The notes beneath the pieces were generated by a model that saw only the letters and a program-made list of their open reading frames with translations, did no database searches and was not told the DNA's origin. Position numbers and translations under genes: made by a program. This document shows, in pieces, positions 1 through 15,176 of a DNA stretch of 64,000 bases. The stretch lies in the NCBI GenBank assembly GCA_003344405.1, contig NOWV01000193.1, forward strand, positions 62,001 to 126,000, read 5' to 3'. Each line of letters opens with the position of its first letter. Position 1 is the stretch's first letter. The DNA comes from Trichoplax sp. H2. Taxonomy: Eukaryota.

Positions 1-3000
1 TCTGTACTATTGAAGGGTTAAGTTGATTGTTTTTATATTCCCAATACTGCCAAGCCTCTTTCTATCATATTGATTGCTGCAGCACAGTAGAGTTTTAATG
101 GATTTATAAGTGAGTAGCCACAACAAAAATAAATCTCCTGTAGGTTTCAGTAATAAGAATTTCACACTTAATGAATTGTTTAAACCATAAATACTGTAGA
201 GTTGTAATCAGAGTCTATAGAAATCGAGTACTATTAATATATAACTTGAGAAATTTTTTTAACTAATTGGAAGATCTTAATAGTTACTAAACGAAAACTG
301 AAACGAAAACAATCTGCAAAATCATCATATTATCTTTCTGGATAATTGTTATTTTTAGATACCTCAATATAAAACTTAGATCCTGCTTGATTGTATTTCA
401 AGAGAAATCCTTCAGAGAGAGAACAGAAATTTAAGCGAATGAATAATTTCGCTTTAAGAGAAAAATTTCCAAATCTATAGCGTGTTATAGAATCTTATTC
501 TTTGCATCCAAATCGTTCGTGTACAATGCACGTACTACGAATGCGTATACTTATTCTGAGAAAAAAATTTAGTTCTAGTAACATTGCTTAGTATCATATC
601 TAATTCAGCTACTGCGATGGAATAATTGGGATGATATCAAGAGAGAAGGGATAACAACTCAATTTGACAAAAGAAAATCAATGAACAAAACTATTGATAG
701 ACTAAAAATTGAATAAAATGAAATCAACAACAGATTGATAATTGTCACAACTGCTCCACAATTCAATGCATTGAAAATTCGTCTGTTAGTTAAACAATTG
801 TGCCTATTTCCTGACTTCCTTATCATTTAGCAACGGTTCCACTTTCCGCCTGGTGTATTATTTTATTGTTTTCTGGTTACTTTTTGTCACTAAGACGCTA
901 AACCTGCCGGTATCTGGAAATTTCTGAAGCATTTTTTATTTTATATTCTTTCGTCTTTAAGTGGATTCTCTGAGTCCGTTTCTGCAGATGGGGTTTTCCA
1001 TTATTTTTATATTATCTCCTGGACTTTAATTTTTATTAGCATTAATCATCCAATTACCTCCAATAGATTCTGCACATCAAATATGTATGAGATATCTAAT
1101 CTAACTATGGCCCATGTTGATTTTTCAAATTAAGTTTTAATCACAGCAATCATAAGATATCAATAGGATCGATTCTCATGATGGATGGCAAGATTTTCGT
1201 TTTACTTTAAAGATCAAGGAAGAATAGAGATAAATAAACAATGGTAACAACTGGCATAAGATATGGGAGACAAATTCAAAACAAAGGGAAAGATATTGAT
1301 GTTACCGAACAATAGTATACAATTTTAAAAGATTGTCGTCAATATCGGCAATTCTATGCCGCCACTAATCAATATCTCGATAAAAGATTTCCACTATCAG
1401 AGTGAATCTCTGCAATAGTTTACCCTTTGACATCAATATTTATATTGGATAAATTTAATAATAATTTAAGATTCTCAACGCTATTTCTAAGCTTCTTTCG
1501 TACTTGCACTATAACTAGAAAGGCAGATGATAATATGTATGTTTCGTAGTAATAGTATGATAAAATATATTATTTTCTTCTTGCAATCATGATCAAGTTA
1601 AGCTCACCATTCCATTTTTTAGCCAGTAGTCATAATGCTATCTAATTGGTTAATATCTTTCAAATAGAATAGTGGATATAACTGAAGGATAGCTGATTAT
1701 TCTTTGTCGGATTTTTTTCCTTTATTGGGCTAGAATACACTTCTATAAAAGTTTAACTATAGACTTCGGAATAACTTGTCTACAAATAATCATACTACGA
1801 AAACATAGTGAAAAACATTGTCAGTAACTATGATAATAATTGGATTGTCCATGCAAAGGAATTGATCATCTTGGATTGTATAGTTTAGACAACAACTCTT
1901 ATTTGCCATCTCAATAGAATACAGTAGTCTTAGTAGAGTGAAGTTAGGAATAAATATCCCCTTATGATGAATGGCATGTCATCAAGAACATGACTATCTT
2001 TAAATGACCTTGTAATATTATTTAAATGATCATCTGATGTATCTAATATTTCTTCGTAATCAGTTACTTTAGTGTCGTCGATAATATATCAATATTGATA
2101 CTAGTAACACATAGTATTTACAATGTTGGTCAAATAGAAATTAGAATTTTAATCAATATCTTGCTGCGGTTGAATCAATAGCCATTTAAATTTATTAATT
2201 AAATGGTCAAGGAAGTCAGTGCGCCGACCGCTAGACCCCATACTTTATCTATTGTAGGCATGAAAGCCGTCCCTCTTATTTATTCCCTTTCTCTTTTTCA
2301 AACAAATTGAAGTTATTGTTAAGGATAATAAAGAAAAGGATAATTGAACGAAATTATCATAATCATCCATTTCGTCTTCTCAATTTGTTGTTGGTTGACG
2401 TACTGGAAAATAATCGTAATGTTTGAACAATACATCATGTTATAATTAGTGTTTGCTTAACTCACAAACGATGACTTTTTTACACATGTATTTTTCGTCT
2501 TCATATATGAATATAGCGCTTATTCAGTGACAACAACTCTTGCTACAAGTAACTTATTTCAAGTAATAACAGTTATTCTTGCATTTGACACTTTTACTCT
2601 TCAATTTTAAAATTCGTTACTATCATGTTTCGATGGATCAAATTGGAATGATTGAAGATACTAAATTGATCATTTTAAATATTACTTGTCTAATTAACTA
2701 AGACATTACTTTTATTATCCTTCTATTTTCTATTTAATAGACAACGATGTTGAATTGACAAGTTTTGGTATTTGATTAATTAATTCGTTATAGCTGAAAG
2801 AATAAAGCGATCAATAGTTTAAGATTGACTTTAGTTGATGAATAACGATTAAATTAATAGAGTCAATTTAGGTAAGCTGGATTAAAATCAAGGCTGTATG
2901 CGGTTTCGTACTTAATTCACATCAAATAAAGGCTGAAATTTAATAACGTAATAATTCAATTTAGATAGTATGAAGTTAAAGTTGCATTTTTGACTACGAC

Positions 3001-5797
3001 GTCGTAATGGCTTATTTATTCTTGAAAGTAAACAAAAAATAATTGAGAATTCATTTTTTAAGCGAAGATTTTTCACCTTGTCTAGTTTCGCATCAATACT
3101 TTTAAAGCAATAACAATTCATATTTAAGCTAAGCATGAAAATCACTGTCAGGGACTCAGGATAATTGACTTTTATCTGTCATATCTATTAACCTAATCAG
3201 AATATGTGTAATTTGTCTTTTCTTTTGGCTAGGCAATACGATAATAAATAAATGAAAGTGCATTGATTAATTTTATAGTAGCATTTGGTTCTGATATGCC
3301 AGATTTAGATGACGATATGGTAGCTAAACAACGAAAATGCATAGAAATATCAGGCAATTAGAAAGGATATGAATTAAAACACTCAACTAAAAGAATTCGT
3401 CATGCTAGTACGGTGCTAAAGGGGTTCAAATTGTTGGAAAGCAAGAAAAGAAAATTTAATTAGAGGCAATGTAGAAATGCCAGTTGGATAGAAAGATATT
3501 GATCTCATTACGGACAATGGTTTAGCATCCATTGTTTATCATCGATGAAGAAATGATAAATATAATAAACGATTTCCTTCATTATAATCATGCAATGACA
3601 TCAAGCCCAAACGTAACAGAAACAGTAAATAGCAGACAGGTTAAAAGAAAAGACAATAGCTATCAATCAAATGGAGGATATAGAATGAAGATACAAAGAA
3701 GGGAAGTTATTTAGTCAATTTTGTCGAATAGCAGGTGTTGTGAAGTTGAAATCATTACTAGATGACAATTGAATAAAAATATGGTTATTCTATTTAGATT
3801 TCTTTGGCTTATTTCCTCTTTTAGAATTGCATCTCTACCTCCTTTTCTCTTGTATGTACTTACAGACATTTATAGACACCGTACGCACCTAAATTGTGAT
3901 ACAAGATTCCCTGCTCGTCCTTTTTCGCCTCCCTCGCTATAGCAAACAAAATTAATGCATGGAAATCGATAACGAAACAGTTGGTTCGTGCACTGAGTTC
4001 AATATTTCAATACAAAAGAAACAATCAAGACTGACCTATGAAGAATAGAAACAATTTGACATGGTTACCCTTCTTTAAATGATTGAAATTCAATAATATA
4101 TTTACAGGATTAATTTGTGTATATAATGGAGTGGATATTGTTGTCACTTCATATTTTTTAATCCCATTTGCAAATAGTTCAAGCATCAGTTGTTGCACGA
4201 GCTATTTTATTACTTGGTCTTTCTTCTCCATTACTTGCTAACGCTATTAAACTACTGTCTTCCATCTTCACTCTATCGACCATTACTTTGTCTACCTGTC
4301 TGTGATAGTGTTATCTACTATTCTGTTTCTCTTTTGCATCTCCTACTTTTGATAAAACAGTCGTTTTTCTTTCACTTCGGCACACTATTACTAGGACCAT
4401 CGACTGTTCAAGGTATCCTCATTTTTCATGCCATTTCTCTATTTCTTATGTCTTATCTGTTATTGCTTATTATTTTCAAATTGCTTCCTTTTCTTCATTT
4501 AATGCAAATATACAGTAAGTGGAATCATTTTTCTAGAGTTAATGATTCCCCATTTTATCGTTTTCAATTCAATTTCTATTTTAACGACTTTCGAGACTCT
4601 GTTTCCAACTAACTCCTTTTTTTTAAACTAAATTATTATTACATCAAACTAATTAATGTTTTCTTTCCAATTAATAGTCATCCAATTCTACCAATCCATT
4701 ATTCAACACCTTTAACGATCTAGCATTCATCGGCGATACTACCGGGCAACGGCAAAAAAATTTTAACTGTCAAATTCCCAATCCGCCTAAAAAGAATATT
4801 GAATAACGTGTTAGGTAAATAATTCAACAGTTCACTATAATATAACTCTTTCAATTCTCTCTATCACGATAAATTTGCTTATTTTTTTCATTAACTAATC
4901 AATCAATGAATCAGCCAGATTATACCAAAGTAATCAAAATATTGCCACTACTATATTGGATTAGACATAAATGATACCACTAGAATTTAATTAAATAACG
5001 ATAGTTTAGTATTAATATTTCTTAATCCCATTAAGGGTTCATGACGGCGATATGATAATGATGTTATTAAAATTATCTAGTTTTTTCAAATTTACGGTAT
5101 ATTTCATTGAACATCGTCCTTGTCTACCAGTATGTCACGATTGCTTTCGATATCTCAGTCTTGATCAATCTCATTCGACTTTATTCCTTTCCTATGTTCT
5201 TAAGAATATAGTAAAACTATATAGTTTATTATTAATTTGGGATTAAACTGAAAAAAAGTCAAAAATATTGATTTATTGTCACTTTAAGTGCAATTAACTT
5301 GCTTTATCTGAATGTCTCAACTATATGTAAAAATTTAAATTTAATGGATACTCTATTAACTCGATACATTGTTGACATAACATATTTGATTTAATGATTA
5401 AATGTACTTTAATTTATATTATATCAAGCAGTCCTTCATTAAGCAAAACCATATCCTCATACAGTATTTTTATAATTAAAATTTAACGAGGATATTATTA
5501 ATGCATAGAGTTTCTTTTATACTGATTTATAAATATTGCCAACATCGATGTTTTAATTAATTCTTTATTGCTATAGTATATAACTAATTATTATGTTATT
5601 TTACCTGTTAGGAAATAATATTATCTCAATCAATATTGACAACTGCCAAAAAAATAAATTACAATTAATTAACATTGACAAGGACTGGATTAATCAAGCC
5701 CAACTTATATTCTGCCAATTACTTCTAAACCATTTAAGCGCTCAACACTTAATTCAACATTTTCAATCAAGACAGACCCAAATTTAAACCGCTAAGC

Positions 5798-6559
5798 ATG
5801 TCTAATGGTAAAACTAAACAAAATTGCTATCATATTAAGCGACCTATGAATGCATTCATTGTATGGTCCAAAGAACAACGACGTAAAATCGCCGAAGAAA
5901 ATCCTAAAATGCATAATGCTGAAATTAGTAAAATATTAGGAGCAAAATGGAAGATGCTATCGGAAGGTGAAAAGCGACCGTTCATTAATGAAGCTAAGCG
6001 TTTACATGCTGTCCATATGAAAATTCATCCTGAATATAAGTATCGACCACGACGTCGAAAAAGTAAACAATTAATGAAAAAGGATCGATATCCATTTCCA
6101 CCATCGACTCAAGCAGCAGCGGCTGCTGCAGCAGCAGCCGCTGGTGTCGGTGGCGGTGGTGGCGCTCCAGGTATGATTATCAGCCAACATGGACCACCCA
6201 TGGATGGATCCAATCCTTTTCCTGGTATGCCAAATAGCGCGCAATCAGCATTCGTTCAAGTTCCACCAGCATATAACAACCCGCCGCAACTATCATCTAA
6301 TCCAAACGCAACCAATATGCAAAGATCGGATTACTCACTGAAGGGAAGGCCTGGACCATCGGATTATCGAACCAGTGAAATGCAAGGAAGGCCTAATGAT
6401 ATCAACAATCCGAACACAACAGTATCCAACTACATGAATGGCCCACCAGTTCAAATGACTCCAAGTGGAATTTATCTATCATCATATAATCCAGCAGCAG
6501 CGGCCGCTGCTGCTGCTGGTAGTCATATGTTACCTACGGCTTTTCCCAATTATTGGTAG
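5798..6559 (+). CDS. SoxB2: Sox group B (B2-like, Sox14/21-type) HMG-box transcription factor, intronless, 253 aa
   Basis: HMG box [34 protein letters not shown]...[10 protein letters not shown] followed by group-B motif KKDRYPFP. Single exon, as is typical of SoxB. Poly-Ala/Gly tracts in the C-terminal half. B2 versus B1 rests on the post-HMG motif only. Confidence 0.93.
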   Translation: MSNGKTKQNCYHIKRPMNAFIVWSKEQRRKIAEENPKMHNAEISKILGAKWKMLSEGEKRPFINEAKRLHAVHMKIHPEYKYRPRRRKSKQLMKKDRYPFPPSTQAAAAAAAAAAGVGGGGGAPGMIISQHGPPMDGSNPFPGMPNSAQSAFVQVPPAYNNPPQLSSNPNATNMQRSDYSLKGRPGPSDYRTSEMQGRPNDINNPNTTVSNYMNGPPVQMTPSGIYLSSYNPAAAAAAAAGSHMLPTAFPNYW

Positions 6560-7969
6560 ATGAAAAAGCAACCAAGCTCGTTGTTTACTGGAGGCGTCCT
6601 TGAAGTAAAGCATGTGGCGGCGAATGAATATCGATTAGGAAACCATTTACCGTTGACGATAAGTCGTCTATTGATTTGTAGAACAGAGTTTACATAGATA
6701 GTGATTGCTATGGTATACTTTCATTAGCTGTTACAGTTATTAGGCTAAAAAAATGATTAACTGTTATTAATATTGAAATTTTTCCCAATATATTCTTTTT
6801 AGACATATTTACTGTCTTTGATAATACTTATAAACCTTATGATGTCAAAATTTGTAATGAAATCATATCAACAGTAAATCAATCCACTTGAAATTGACTG
6901 GATGAAGTATTAAAGACATTAAGTATTACTCTATCGTAAATTTCAAACTGTCTAAGAAATAAGTTGATCAATAGACCAGCTTTAATATTGACACGAAAAA
7001 GTGCAGTACATATTTATAAATGATTAACAATTCACTATATGACATTGCTTGCCCTCATAAATCCATAGATTTTGATAGTTTATGTTTATTCGTTCTTTCT
7101 TTTAAATTAAGTAAAGGTAGAATACAAGTATACTAGTGTTATTATCATTTGTCAAGATGATTTTCACTTATCATCAGATCCATTCTTTATAATAATTCTA
7201 GTATATCGTCTACTTGATTTTCTAGATTACGAACAATTTATGTTATAGAATGGATAGTATTTTATGTTTCTTCTGTACAATATAGTAAAATTCGTATTAG
7301 ATGTATAACTGATAATATAGACAAAATCATACCTAGTTACTCAGCTTTTAGAGTTAACTACGGAAATAGACAAGATGTGATGTTTTGTGCATATTGCCAA
7401 TAAAATATACCAGGCATTGAACTACACAGACTAAAAGATCAATTCATTGAATACCTTCTCATACTATATTGAATATGTATGGCAAAAAACATAATGAGCC
7501 TGTATTAGAAACCAAGTTATAGACGAAATTGTATCCATTGTTAACATAGCATTACAGCTTTATAGACCAAAAATAAGGTTTATAAGCTGTTGTATTGGTC
7601 ACAAAACTATGTATCGATTTATTTTCCCTTTATCGTAAAATGCCCAAGTAATCTTCTAGTACCTCTTATAGTATTGTATCAGGTTACCAAGGTCTACGCA
7701 CACATATATAAAATAAGAAAATGATCGAGTGAAATAATACCGGTAGCTATAAAATGGACTTAGTAACACTTTTAGATCTATTTTATTAGGATCTTTGAAA
7801 ATATCGATTATAAGAACGCCACCCGATAAATACTGAGAAATTTATGTAACTATAATAAATGGTCGTTATTAGTACAGTTTTAACTAAATTGATGGTTACC
7901 GCTTAGTAAATTTAGATGTAAGTTATTATAGGGTGAGTAAATGCTCTTTGACTCACAGTAAGATATATC

Positions 7970-8470
7970 TTTGTTGTAGATAGTGTTAGATATTAAGTAC
8001 GATATATGTTACATTAGCAATTAGATAGAACGTTAAGTATATGACTAGAATATTATCTATATAAGTACTTGTAATATGATAACTGTATTGTGATTCTGTA
8101 ATACCGTACATGATTATATTTCAAAAAATCGGACTGATAATTTACGATAGATATACGTATGTTGTAAAGTAAATGATTGCTATAATAGTTAGTAATTAGT
8201 TTTACGGTATATGTTAAATGTCACAACGCAAAATGGCCAAGGCGTAAGCTGGAATGTCTATAAATACCCGGTATTTTTAATAATAAAGTCACTTACAAAT
8301 CTTACGCGTGGATTAGAATTCATTGCGTAAAACATAACAATCTTAACGATAGACCTTGCCATATCAGATACAAAAATGTGTTTAGAACTTGATAATCTAT
8401 GAGTATAATCATTGCGATTAGTTTTATAACGAAATACTTTACCAGCGTTTAGATCCTATCCTCTATCACA
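7970..8470 (+). mobile_element. Degenerate solo-LTR-like element, possibly related to the one at 24683-25168
   Basis: CTATAAATACCCGG at ~8258, then AATAAAG, and end CCTCTATCACA at 8470. These resemble the minus-strand TATA context (CTATAAATACCGG) and end (CCTCCATCATA) of the 24683 element. Left boundary and TSD not found. Confidence 0.3.
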
Positions 8471-11400
8471 TGCAATTCTACAAACATTGATGCAAAGATC
8501 GTATTTTGCCAGTGTTTTATAAGAAATTGTTACAGTGGTCGTTTACAAACTACATATTTGCCTTGATTTATCTACAAATCACAGTTATAAGGACGTGAAA
8601 TTGCATGTGATAGTAAAGATTTAGTACTTTTACGTAAAACGTAGAAGATTAATGAAGCTGTATCTTATTACATAAGCGTTTACATATTCAAGCTAAAATA
8701 CAACATGTTTTTTAACAGAAAAATTGTAGAATAATGCCATTATTAACTTAGCCTATTTGTCTCACTCACAATTGGATATCATATTTGAAAGAAATTTCCC
8801 GTGATACCTAACTGTCATTATGACAATATAACAGTATAAAAGTACATTTTTCATCTACTATCACGCCAATTCATTTTGGTTAAATAGTAGTATTTTTATT
8901 CCATAATAGTTATGTAAATGATAATTATCTCTCATAACTATTGACTAGGACATATTAATCGACTCAAATTAAAATTGCTGTCTGCAAGATCGTATAAATG
9001 TTTCGTATGGAACACGATTCGAAGTTTTCCAAAGATTTCTTATTGATTTAAACTTTGTAATCAATTGAAGTTAAAAGTAGAAATCAAGATAGGATTAGGA
9101 GTTTCTTTGAAGATATCTATCAAATATATAACAATATTTCTCGTAACTCCTGATATATTTGATCAGGTTGAAATTGCAAATTCAGACAGAATAACGTTCT
9201 ACACAATGGACATTCTACCAATATGGTTAGTTGCCTGTTACATTACAAGGTGTTAAATGCTATTATCAGCAGCAGCACTTGCAATCTTGACATAAATTAA
9301 AAGTTATTTTATTATTCTTAAATCTTTGATGGTTCGTTTCTACTTTTTCTATCGTTTTGTTTTTTAACTTTGAATATTATCGGTAGTTAAATTAAGAATT
9401 TTTTCAGCGAACTATTCATTAATGAATTTTAAAAATAACTAAACCTATAACTTTCAGTTGTATTTGATACGATCCATTCGCAGTTGTAAGATTTTTAATT
9501 ACTTGAATAACCATGCAGCCATGATATATCGACTATTTTAAATTTTCGCCCTTTTGGTGAATGAAAATATCCTAAGGATACCTCTATAATTGTGAATAGT
9601 GAACTATCTTACTATTTGCAAAAAAATAATGTTGTCATTAACATTTACGCTACAAATATTGTCACAGAATAGTAGCAAATACAACAGAAAAACTACAGTG
9701 GGTTGATTAAGAATTTAAATAAAGAAATACCACCAATATACACTTATTATGGTACGGCACATAGAATTAATAATAGATGGATGATTAATACTACTGTCAA
9801 AATGTTTGTACATTTGTTATTGGCTGTATCAAATTCAATTTTAGTCTATTTGCTTGTTAATGCGTTCATTGAATAATTTGAATGTGCTATAGCAAATTTA
9901 ACTATAATATACTTACAGCAAAGTCTAAGTGAAGAAAGCTTGACTCCTACTTAAAATATGGTACCGAAAACGGTGTTTATACTTTGGTACGTTAGTCAAA
10001 GGCAAAAAATTTTTCTCCCAGAATTACAACTTCAAAGAGATGTTACATGATTTAGACTGTAGACTGTTGTTACCTATCGATAGACATTATCTTTTCTTAC
10101 GGTCAAACTGTGCTCTATTGACTACTATTTCTATACGCCAATACATACATGTTCAGTAGTCATTTACAATTGAAAGTGAGTACTGATATAAAAAATGATG
10201 GTCTTATATTCCTTTACACCTAGATGATACTTTAAAAGTGAAACTACAACATTACTTCTTTTGCTACAGGAGGCTAAATTGTGAGGAATGCCGTTTGTTC
10301 AGATTTTGCAGGTGAATGTTGTTGCTAATTTTATCTTACTTCTTGGGTAATTTTAGCTTTGCTCTATGTTACTCTTTGATTTGGAAATCTTTAATATTTT
10401 ATAATTTTCCTTCGTGGGATAGTCTAATATCAAACCGTTCCGTTTTCTAGCATTAAAAATCGTCATTTATAATCACGACAGCTTCTATGCACTGTATTTC
10501 CTTCCGAAGAAGTAACAATTTTTATGCATAAGCTTTCAAAAAGTAAATATAAAGGATAGTAATAAGAACATATAGATTACTGATAAACTAATCGTTCCTG
10601 TTAGCTTGGCATCATGGATATCATGATTATCTTCGAAGCGTGATTATCTACTTCTATTAATAAATTTGTCCGTAGACATCAATATTTCGAGTTTTCGATG
10701 GAAGTAAAACAACTGTGTTCGTACAAGGTTACGTCTTAAGCTTTTTCTTTCGTAGGTTCAGGTTTTTGAATCGACGTCTTGATGTCTAAGAAGTTAAATT
10801 TAGGTAGAATTTCTTTATATTATAAATGCAAAAGTGATAAAAATTCCTCTATCTCCATGCTATCTAACTCTTCCTATAAACTTGGTGAAATATATGAAAT
10901 TATTTATTTTGGATATGACTGGTAGGATCTTAAATCAGGTTACGATAATAAATGTATAGTCATTTCTTCATCCGATTAACGAATAAGGAATTGGAAACAA
11001 GCAACATCATTCAAATATAATCACCATTGCCACGATGTACGATACACATTAAAAGCTGCTAACCGAAAAAAATCTTGAATAATCCTTTATTAAAATTTCT
11101 TAGAAATTCAGTAATCAATGATTGGTAATTTCTCAATACTAACTCAATATCCCATCGTTTAATTGCTGGCGGTACCATTATATATTTTAAGCTGTACAAA
11201 TTAATGCGCATTACTGGGAGTGACGAAGAATTTTATCAAGGTTTAAAAATGTTCATACAAAGTTATCCTTCCACAGTGGCGCACAAACTCCAAAATTACG
11301 GACCCGGTATTTAAGTATTCGAATGATAAGGCAGATATAAATAAATTAAAATAATCTAGCAGTAAAATTTACTCACAATTCTAAATTCGATTTGAAACTT

Positions 11401-11651
11401 ATTAGCTCGATTTTAAGAATATAGTTATGAATATTTAGGCCGAAATTTAACTTGTATTTGTATTTTCTATGTAACAAAGGTTTAACGACTTGAATTAAGA
11501 CTATGCAATTATGTTTGAAATATTTCAATAGCAAACAAATTTCTTTTTGAGATAATGAGTATTCGTCTCACCAAATCAGCCAATATTGATCAAAACACAG
11601 TTCAGCGATGAATACATTATCTCGCAGTATAATTGCATATATGAGCCATAT

Positions 11652-14397
11652 CTAAACTTGGGTTTCATATATAACAGTAACAGTTTTGTTATTACTAACT
11701 GATACATCATTCTGTAAATGACGCTTTTTACAAACTGCGATAAATGAATTAGAAATTCTAAGAGCTCTCTCTTCAGGTATGAGTAATATTAAAAAGCCAC
11801 AACAAATGCATAGAGCTCCAATCACTTTAATATAATCAAAATAAATTTGACGAAATATTAAATCTACAATAGCATTACCAGGGATACCTAATAACACACC
11901 AAGAGAAATAAATATTGGATAAGTTATTCCTATTCCGAATATCAATAAGCTGTTGAACAGCACTCCCAATCCAGCAATAGAGTTTAAATTATCCCACGGC
12001 AAATCAGGCCACTTTATAACCTCGAAGTTAGTAACATGAAAGACTAGCACAACTGGCCACACCGTCAGTGTTATGCAAATACTCATAGCAGACGTATAAA
12101 GGGCACTTTTACCAATACTAGCGTTAGCGAGGACAACCTTCAAAGATACCTACAATCATGATACGAACAATTTTAAAGTAAATTCTAACTTGGCATTAAG
12201 CTAGCTAATATTTTATAGTAAAAATCGTTAATTCATTGCTGTTTAAACGACTTGAATCAGTCATTTGACTGTAGGCGCCGCAATTAATGCTAGTCACGAC
12301 TATAAGAAAGCAATAAAAAATTTATTCATCGCAATACGTAGTGGACTATAAGGTAAAACACTCCCCTACAGAATGATTCACGAAATAATGATTCTATTTA
12401 ACAAATTAAAAAAATATACGAGCTCGTATTCTTATGTTCAGTATTTGTTTTATCTACAATTTTTTCTCTCACAACGTTTATTATTATCATAGATTTTCAT
12501 AGTACTGTAATTACTAAGGCTACTCATAAATACGTATCTAACAACGGTATCCAATCAGTCAGTAGAATGGAAAGCTATTTATTTCATGATGCAAGTACTT
12601 ACCCTATAAAAGGAAGATAAAACAGCTAGGCAGAAAGCCAATATTACTCCGAGGGCAGTGGCTCCTTCGAATCCATTCGAGTATGCAAACAAAACTACTC
12701 CTGCAATGGATAGTAAAACTGCGAATATCTATTAATCAAAAAGATATACAACAGGGTTTAGCAGAATTACGACATAAACTAAGACTATTAAGTTGTGATT
12801 ATATTCATAATAATTAATCAGTAACACATTCCATAATTAGTTACTTTAGCAGAGTTGTTTAATTTACTTTTAAATTACCCGTATTAAAATAGTCGGTTCT
12901 TTCAACCAAAAAATTGATAATACGTAGATAAGAGCAATATTTGATGATAATATTGCTGTGAAATCGCCAGCAGGAATCAGCGTTAAAGAGTAATAGTAGC
13001 AATACGAGCCTAATGACATTAAAATCGCGACAGGTAGCACTTTAATCAAGATACCCTTGGTATACGATCCTTTGTACTTTAATGCAATGGAGCATTCACT
13101 GTCCAACATAAGATATTGTTAAATAGTTAATCCAATAGAAATTAAACAAAGCTGATTCTTAGAATATTGATGACGACTACATCAAGGTATTTTACTACTG
13201 TGACAGTACTCTCTTTTACTAATTACTGATACTGCACAGGACTGCCACATAAAGAATGGCAAAATCTTCTACCTCCACATTTCGTTGAGTGATTTACCAA
13301 GGATCAATCCGAATAAACAGTATATAGGATAGCATATTATGGTCCATGATCTAGCATACCTGAATCAATGATGGATAAACATTATGAACAAATTCAATTG
13401 TGATCCATATCGATTGTCATTTACTATACGTACCATGTAAGATAGCAAAATGCGGTGAAATTGTAATTCGCAATATTATTCGAAAATTGAGCTTGCAAAA
13501 CCCATGATATGACCAGCATTACCACGATCATCAGTCCGGACAATGATTTTAAGGTGCATGCATCGCGAAGGTGAAACTTATGATGGCTTGCAATTTCTGG
13601 TATTATAAAGATAAAGATAGCGGCGTTAAAGTTGGTAAAAATAACGTATTCAAATTGTTCACTGCAAGGACTACGCCACTCCATTCTTCAGCAGTTAACA
13701 TGACAACAAGTATCCAATACTGTAGTGTAGTATATTTGTTTACAATATCACTATTTGCATGGTAATGGTATACGCATAGCAATATACACTTAACTGCTTC
13801 TATACTAAGTGATAGCATTAAGCTGAGATTCTAGAAAAATGTAAGCCATTTCTGAACTTTCAATCCGTACAAGTATGTTTTACGTTTTAGCTAATATGTT
13901 AACTGTCATAAATAAAATTTGTAACTATACAGTATTGCTACATGTTATTATGTTATACTGAGACGATTTCAGATAGATACCACGGATGTTTCAAGTAGGG
14001 TAACGGTAACGCAGTGATCGTATGCAGCATGAAGCTATGCATATTTAACCAACTGCCTGTGTTGGTGCATATCTTATTTGGATTCAATGTACAGCAAATT
14101 AAAGTGTTCTTTTGACACCAGTAGATATTCATTTATGATGTTAACTGGACGTGATTCGTCAACATCAAGTATGAATCTACAGGAATTGTGGTTAGAATTA
14201 ATCGGTGAATAGGGCCAAGTAAAGTTGGAGCTATTGAAGCCAAGTCGAGTACAAAACCTCATTTATGCAAGTATTCAAATGTTATAAGAAACAAAACACA
14301 TTCTGAATACTGATAATATTATTTTTAAACGATGCGACCTACCATCAACAGCACAGGCAGTAACTTCTTTATCGGCGGAATCAGTTTCCACAGTCAT
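11652..14397 (-). CDS. SLC35F3/F4-like EamA/DMT-family transporter, copy A (~382 aa)
   Basis: Exons (minus): 14343-14397 (tentative first exon), 13434-13596, 13273-13359, 12879-13098, 12603-12728, 11652-12149. All GT-AG and phase-compatible. Motifs ISWV..QF, YVLSIFWLKE, FGIGITYPIFISLGVLLGIPGNAIVD. Confidence 0.85.
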
Positions 14398-15176
14398 CTT
14401 CTTCAAATACAGTTACCGTTGCATATACTCTTGCGCTAAAATATAACCTATATCAATGGAAGCGCGACAGTATTCAGGTCAGGCTTGAATTAATCTCCTG
14501 TCTACAGCATCGATGAATGATTTGCAAACGCTGGCTTCTACGATGCTGAATGAACTAATGAAGGCAACGGATGTACTGGGATCTCCTAGCAGAGGTCTAG
14601 CCTTTAATGGACAGTCAATTGTACAGTACAGTACAGTACAGTACCGTACAGTCTAAATCTGATTACAGTACCTCCATACAGTACTGTGAGTGCTGTAGAA
14701 GATGATGGATCGAGTGACCCGATTGGCTACTCCTATTAATGAATCGATTAATAAATACCTCAATATTCCCTAATAAGGGAATATAAAATATTACAATATA
14801 ACGTAAATCACTCACTACTAGATTTTACTTTTACTGTTGAACTGTACTGTACAGTATAGAACTGTAGTTTATGCATCAGTACTGCTTTGCATTATACATG
14901 ATTGCATCTAATTGCATCATGTCTACCTATTTCTACATTGTACAATGTACAGTACACTAAAGTGATACAACAGTAAAATATCTGCGTTGACTCTCGATTC
15001 TCATCAGCACAGTAACTTTATGTTTTGAATTGACAATATCTACTCGTCTTTTCTGATAACTAGAAGGCATCATTTTTTATGTAACTACCACTACTGTACT
15101 GTATACTAGAGACCCTCTATTATGGTTTCTACTGTACAGTACACTAGAGACCCTCTTAGGGTTTCTACTTTCTACT

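Noticed and set aside
4190..4612. 140-aa Leu/Phe-rich ORF upstream of Sox
   Set aside because: TTG start, composition explained by a T/C-rich tract, no recognisable motif.
10270..10311. Isolated 42-nt exon-like segment (RLNCEECRLFRFC) with good splice sites
   Set aside because: No compatible partner exons found. Could be chance or non-coding.
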